Of a DNA stretch of 64,000 nt, positions 60,079 to 64,000 are shown in pieces. How positions within the stretch are numbered: the stretch's first letter is position 1; each line of letters starts with the position of its first letter. Source of the DNA: an uncultured Chthonomonadaceae bacterium (GTDB taxonomy: Bacteria; Armatimonadota; Chthonomonadetes; Chthonomonadales; Chthonomonadaceae); assembly GCA_963835065.1 (NCBI GenBank), contig CAWIEK010000041.1, positions 64,001 through 128,000 of the forward strand, written 5' to 3'. Position numbers and translations under genes: made by a program. The notes under the pieces are model-generated. The model was not told the DNA's origin, made no database searches, and worked only from the letters and a program-made list of their open reading frames with translations.

Positions 60079-62544
60079 ATGGAAGTCTTGAAATTTCGCG
60101 TTGTCCCGGACGCCTCCGGCCTGGCATTTCAGCTTGTTTCTGAAACCGGGGAAATTCTGCTGACAGGCGGCGGCTTTTCCGAACGAGAGGCGTGTATCGC
60201 CGGGATTCAAGCGGTCATTGACGTCCTGAGCGACGAGGACCGCTATGACATTCGAGCGGAAGCGGCGGGCGTTGTTCTGGCGCTGACCGCAGCCGACAAC
60301 CGCCTGCTGGCGCAAAGCGCGGTACTGCGCGACGATGGGGCGACGGCGCTGCGGGAGAGTCTGGTCGAGTTGGCGTCCGAGCAGGAAGCCTATGATATTG
60401 CCCTGCCGGGAACCGGTACCGCGCGTTCCGTGACCCCGCTGACGTTTTCCGATTTCGCCGCCGTCAATCCCGCCGATTTGTACGATTTTGACCGCGCCTC
60501 CCTTACGGGACTGGCCGGTTTCGAGCTGTTTCAGGTGACCGGGGAAGAGCGTTACTACTTCCATGTCAACGATGCGACGGGAACCGCGCTGCTGTACAGC
60601 CGGGAGTTCCGTACCGCTTCCCAGCGCAATCAGCGGATGCGGATGGTGGCGAAATGCGCGGTTCTGAAGCAGCGCTATGAACGCCGGGAAGAGAACGGGC
60701 GGCATTTCTTTATTCTGAAGGCGCGTAACGGCCAGGAAATCGCGCGCAGCCGCGCTTTTGTTTCGTTCGCGGAAATGGAATCCGCGCTCGGCTGGCTGCT
60801 GACGGAAATGCCCCGCTTTGCAGAGGGGTTTACCAAACGCGCTTCGGGGCGTTCGCGCGGTAAGGATGGCTTCAATCTCGCGCTGGTATCGCTGTCGGCA
60901 GTGGCCGGATTCGAACTGCTGCGCGATGCCGCAGACAAGCTGTATTACTTCCTCTTCCATTCCGACGACGGCAACGCGCTTCTGTTCAGTCGGGGTTATA
61001 CGACGCGCGCGGGCCGGGATCAAGCGATACAAACGCTGATTCGCCTGAGCGCGAACCCGGCCCGCTTCGAATCTACCCAAACGGAGGAGCAGTATGGGTT
61101 TGCCATCCGCACAGGCAACGGACAGATAATCGCCCGCAGCCGCCAATTCGACTCTGCTGAAGCCGCGTCTGCCGCAATGACACTGGCGCGGACTCGCATC
61201 GTAGCGCAGGCCGCCCTGTTCGGCGTGGCAGTGGCGGAACTGGAAACGACGCGGGCAGAGCAGCTTACCCTGCGCGTGGATCGGGAACGGCCTGTCGCGC
61301 CCCTTGTCGAAACGCAGGCTGAAGCAGTTGCGCCATCTGCTATTGTCGTGCCTGAACAGGCTGAAATGGCCGCGCCGACAATCGCTGCCGTGCCTGAAGC
61401 CGTGCCTGAACAGGTCGTGTCTGCCGCGTCCCTTGCAAGCCCCGCGCTCCGGGAAACCGCGCCTGTCACACTCGAGCAAACCATACTCCCGGCTATCCCT
61501 CTGGAAAGCGCCATCGAAGCTGCGCCGGAAATAGAAAGCGTTGTGGTGACTGCGCCGACAAGCCCGGACATAACCGTGCCGAAAACAGAGTCGGCAAGCG
61601 CGGTTGTAACGACAGCGGCAAGCGCTGCTGTAACGCCGCCGGTTGTTCCTGCCGGCGGCAAACCTGCCCCCGAAGACCGTTCGCGCCGCAAAACCGGTGG
61701 CTTTGGTTGGCTGGCCTATGCGATTCCCCTGCTTCTGCTTTTGGTCGCCGCGCCATTCCTGCTGTCTCGCGGGTGCAAGACCAATGCAACGGGATTGGCG
61801 GGAACATCCGCGCCGGGAAGGGGGCAGAGCAGTACCCAATCCGCGTTTTCCGCAGCGCCGCCCCCACCCGGCAGAAATGGGACGCCTCCTCCTGTAACTG
61901 CCGGTGGAGAAACCGCGCGCGCCACCAATGCCGCCACGCCTGCCCGGTCCGGCAGCGGCGCGTCTTCCTCGGCGGACACGGCAACAGTCGCTGCCGCCCC
62001 TCCTGCGCATCGTAATGCGGCAAGGATGGAAACCGCCCTTGCCGCGTATCTCAGCGGCCCGCAAAGCGCCGAACCCCGCGCGTTTACGATGGATCGCCTT
62101 GCCTACCCGCCCAACTCGCATGAGGTAAACCCGGCAGGCAAGGCGGAGATACGCGATCTGGCGCATCTGCTGGTTCGATTCCCGACCGCGAAAATCACGC
62201 TGCATGGACACATAGACGGGCGGGAACAGGAAGCCTATTCGGGGCCGAACCCGCGCCTGGGCTTTCCGCTTTCCAAGCTGCGCGCGGACTGCGTTTGCCG
62301 CCGCCTGCACTTTTTGGGGGTGGACTACAGCCGGATGCAGTTCACGGGCGATGGCAACGCTCACCCGGTAGCGGATGACAGCACCGCAGACGGCAGGCAG
62401 CAAAATCGCCGCATGAACATCATGGTTAACCCAAATTGGCCACGGAAACCCGCTCTACGAACTCGGTCGGCAGGAACGCGCGCTGCGGCGTTGTTGCCGC
62501 GCCGCGTATTTGCGCTACCAGAATCTCTACGACGCGCATACTGA
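60079..62544 (+). CDS. Multi-YegP(DUF1508)-repeat + TM + OmpA-like peptidoglycan-binding protein
   Basis: About six FxLxAxNGxxIAxS-type units; TM WLAYAIPLLLLLVAAPFLL; GHID...LSKLRA..V...G.G..HPVADDST.DGRQQNRR. Confidence 0.8.
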   Translation: MEVLKFRVVPDASGLAFQLVSETGEILLTGGGFSEREACIAGIQAVIDVLSDEDRYDIRAEAAGVVLALTAADNRLLAQSAVLRDDGATALRESLVELASEQEAYDIALPGTGTARSVTPLTFSDFAAVNPADLYDFDRASLTGLAGFELFQVTGEERYYFHVNDATGTALLYSREFRTASQRNQRMRMVAKCAVLKQRYERREENGRHFFILKARNGQEIARSRAFVSFAEMESALGWLLTEMPRFAEGFTKRASGRSRGKDGFNLALVSLSAVAGFELLRDAADKLYYFLFHSDDGNALLFSRGYTTRAGRDQAIQTLIRLSANPARFESTQTEEQYGFAIRTGNGQIIARSRQFDSAEAASAAMTLARTRIVAQAALFGVAVAELETTRAEQLTLRVDRERPVAPLVETQAEAVAPSAIVVPEQAEMAAPTIAAVPEAVPEQVVSAASLASPALRETAPVTLEQTILPAIPLESAIEAAPEIESVVVTAPTSPDITVPKTESASAVVTTAASAAVTPPVVPAGGKPAPEDRSRRKTGGFGWLAYAIPLLLLLVAAPFLLSRGCKTNATGLAGTSAPGRGQSSTQSAFSAAPPPPGRNGTPPPVTAGGETARATNAATPARSGSGASSSADTATVAAAPPAHRNAARMETALAAYLSGPQSAEPRAFTMDRLAYPPNSHEVNPAGKAEIRDLAHLLVRFPTAKITLHGHIDGREQEAYSGPNPRLGFPLSKLRADCVCRRLHFLGVDYSRMQFTGDGNAHPVADDSTADGRQQNRRMNIMVNPNWPRKPALRTRSAGTRAAALLPRRVFALPESLRRAY

Positions 62545-63455
62545 TAGCCTCGTAAGGCTGGCGCAGCGTGGTTAAGGGTGGGTTCGAGGCCGCAGCCATT
62601 ACGTCGTCGTCAATGCCGAGGATGGAGACGTCGTCCGGTACGCGCAGGCCAAGCCCCTGCATGGCAAGAACAGCCTGCGATGCAACCCGGTCATTCCACG
62701 CGAAAATAGCCGTAGGCCGCTCCGCGCCCGCGCTTCGCATTTTCTCCACAACCTCCCGCATCACCTCCGCTTCCCGGTAATTGCCCATAAAAACAAAGGC
62801 CGGGTCTGCCGCCAGAGCATGCGCCGCCATTGCGCGGCAAAAGCCCTCATAGCGCTGCCCGACGCTGCGCACGAATTTGTCCGGCCCGCCTATAAAAGCA
62901 ATGCGGCGATGCCCCTTTGCAATCAGATACTCCGTCAAGCCGACTGCCTGCGCCGATGTTGTCAATGTCCACATACGAAATGGCTTCCGAGTCGCCCGTA
63001 TCGCCGATCAGCACAAACGGCGTACCCCGCTCGTGCAGGGCGGCTACCAGATTGCTGTTGGCGTGCGGCGTCAGCACCATCAGGCCGTCGCAGCGCCCGT
63101 CGCAATACACGCGCAGGCTTTGCTGCGGTTCGGCGGGAAAGATGCTGTGCGTAAACAGCGTCACGTTGTGCTGCAACTGGTCGGCGGCGCGTAAAATTCC
63201 GTTGACGATATAAGAATAGTACCCCGGCTGCATCAGCGACCTTCCATCCACGCCCGCCACCAGCCCAAGCGTCAGTATCTGCCGCTCTTTTGCCCGGTGC
63301 TTTACCGCAGCCGGACGATAATCCAGATCGCGCACCGCTTTCAAGACGCGCTCACGGGTATCTTCACTGACCTGCCCCGGCTTGTTATTGAGGACAAACG
63401 AAACCGTCATGGGGGATACGCCGCACGCTCTGGCAACATCTCGAATCGTCGTCAT
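62426..63455 (-). CDS. LacI-family regulator (frameshift near 62945)
   Basis: TIRDVARACGVSPMTVS.VLN HTH; GHRRIAFI, PTAIFAWND, VPDDVSILGIDD, PLTTLRQ. Confidence 0.9.
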
Positions 63456-63607
63456 CTTACGCTCACGCTCCTCAAAGTCACAGAAAAACAGAATGCCCTA
63501 CAGGATGCCACATTGTAGCGTTTCCCCTCTTTATCGTCAAGTGGCCTGCCGCACGAAAATAAATTCCAGACAAAAGTAAAAATTTTCAAAATAAGGGTTC
63601 AAGGCTA

Positions 63608-63636
63608 TTGACAAAGCTGCGGAAAGCAACTACAAT
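63608..63636 (+). promoter_or_regulatory. Sigma70-type promoter TTGACA-17-TACAAT
   Basis: ttgaca aagctgcggaaagcaac tacaat, upstream of the prepilin-type gene. Confidence 0.8.
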
Positions 63637-63792
63637 ACTAGCATGGCTTTACACGTATAGTACGGCCTGCGGCTGGTTGAAAATTGCAGTCTAAACATCT
63701 AAGTTATGGATTATTTGTGCGCCTGCAAGCAAGAGCCGCGCCATTTTCTGTTTTCGTTCCCCGCTTCTCCACCAAAGAAGGGAAGGAGTCCC

Positions 63793-64000
63793 ATGAACCG
63801 TATCCTGCCATTGGCACAGCCCCACGCTCGCCGCGCCGCCTTTTCGCGCCGCGCTTTTACGCTCATCGAACTGCTCGTGGTCATTGCTATCATCGCCATT
63901 CTTGCCGCCATTCTGTTCCCCGTTTTCGCGCAGGCGCGCGAAAAAGCCCGTCAAACATCCTGCCTGTCCAACAACAAACAGATGGGCACGGCGCTGATCA
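63793..64000 (+). CDS. Prepilin-type N-terminal cleavage/methylation (DUF1559-like) protein, truncated by the window edge
   Basis: [54 protein letters not shown]. Confidence 0.93.
   Translation, partial: MNRILPLAQPHARRAAFSRRAFTLIELLVVIAIIAILAAILFPVFAQAREKARQTSCLSNNKQMGTALI

Noticed and set aside
63647..63703. LacI operator candidates (tttacacgtatag, ctaaacatctaag)
   Set aside because: Only weakly palindromic; cannot be supported without comparative data

Overview
GC-rich bacterial chromosomal segment, probably Armatimonadota: the window ends in a '[33 protein letters not shown]' prepilin-type gene next to a LacI regulator. It carries core genes (recJ, gmk-coaBC-rodA, hpnJ, trpD-trpC-trpF, gltX), sugar enzymes (GH27, GH5-like, GT4, ABC permease) and many TPR/low-complexity envelope proteins. 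It also has a divergent CHAT-protease / cyclase-STAND-TPR pair, an Hsp70-like gene followed by two paralogous membrane TPR genes, and several small lower-GC accessory islets (DUF5655+VOC; DUF4365/DUF433 cluster; PIN pair; IS1595 fragment). No tRNA, rRNA or CRISPR array was seen. The most striking non-coding structure is a large set of hairpin elements at gene junctions whose arms are inverted 7-9-nt tandem repeats, often overlapping the stop codon. One of them sits beside a decayed four-helix-bundle gene, which suggests a mobile system. Two duplications differ mostly at synonymous sites: a 92-bp gene 3'-end repeat flanking a 1.4-kb cargo, and a 3.4-kb tandem copy of gltX plus two amidohydrolase-fold genes. 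About ten frameshifts look like consensus or polishing errors, so pseudogene calls are tentative.
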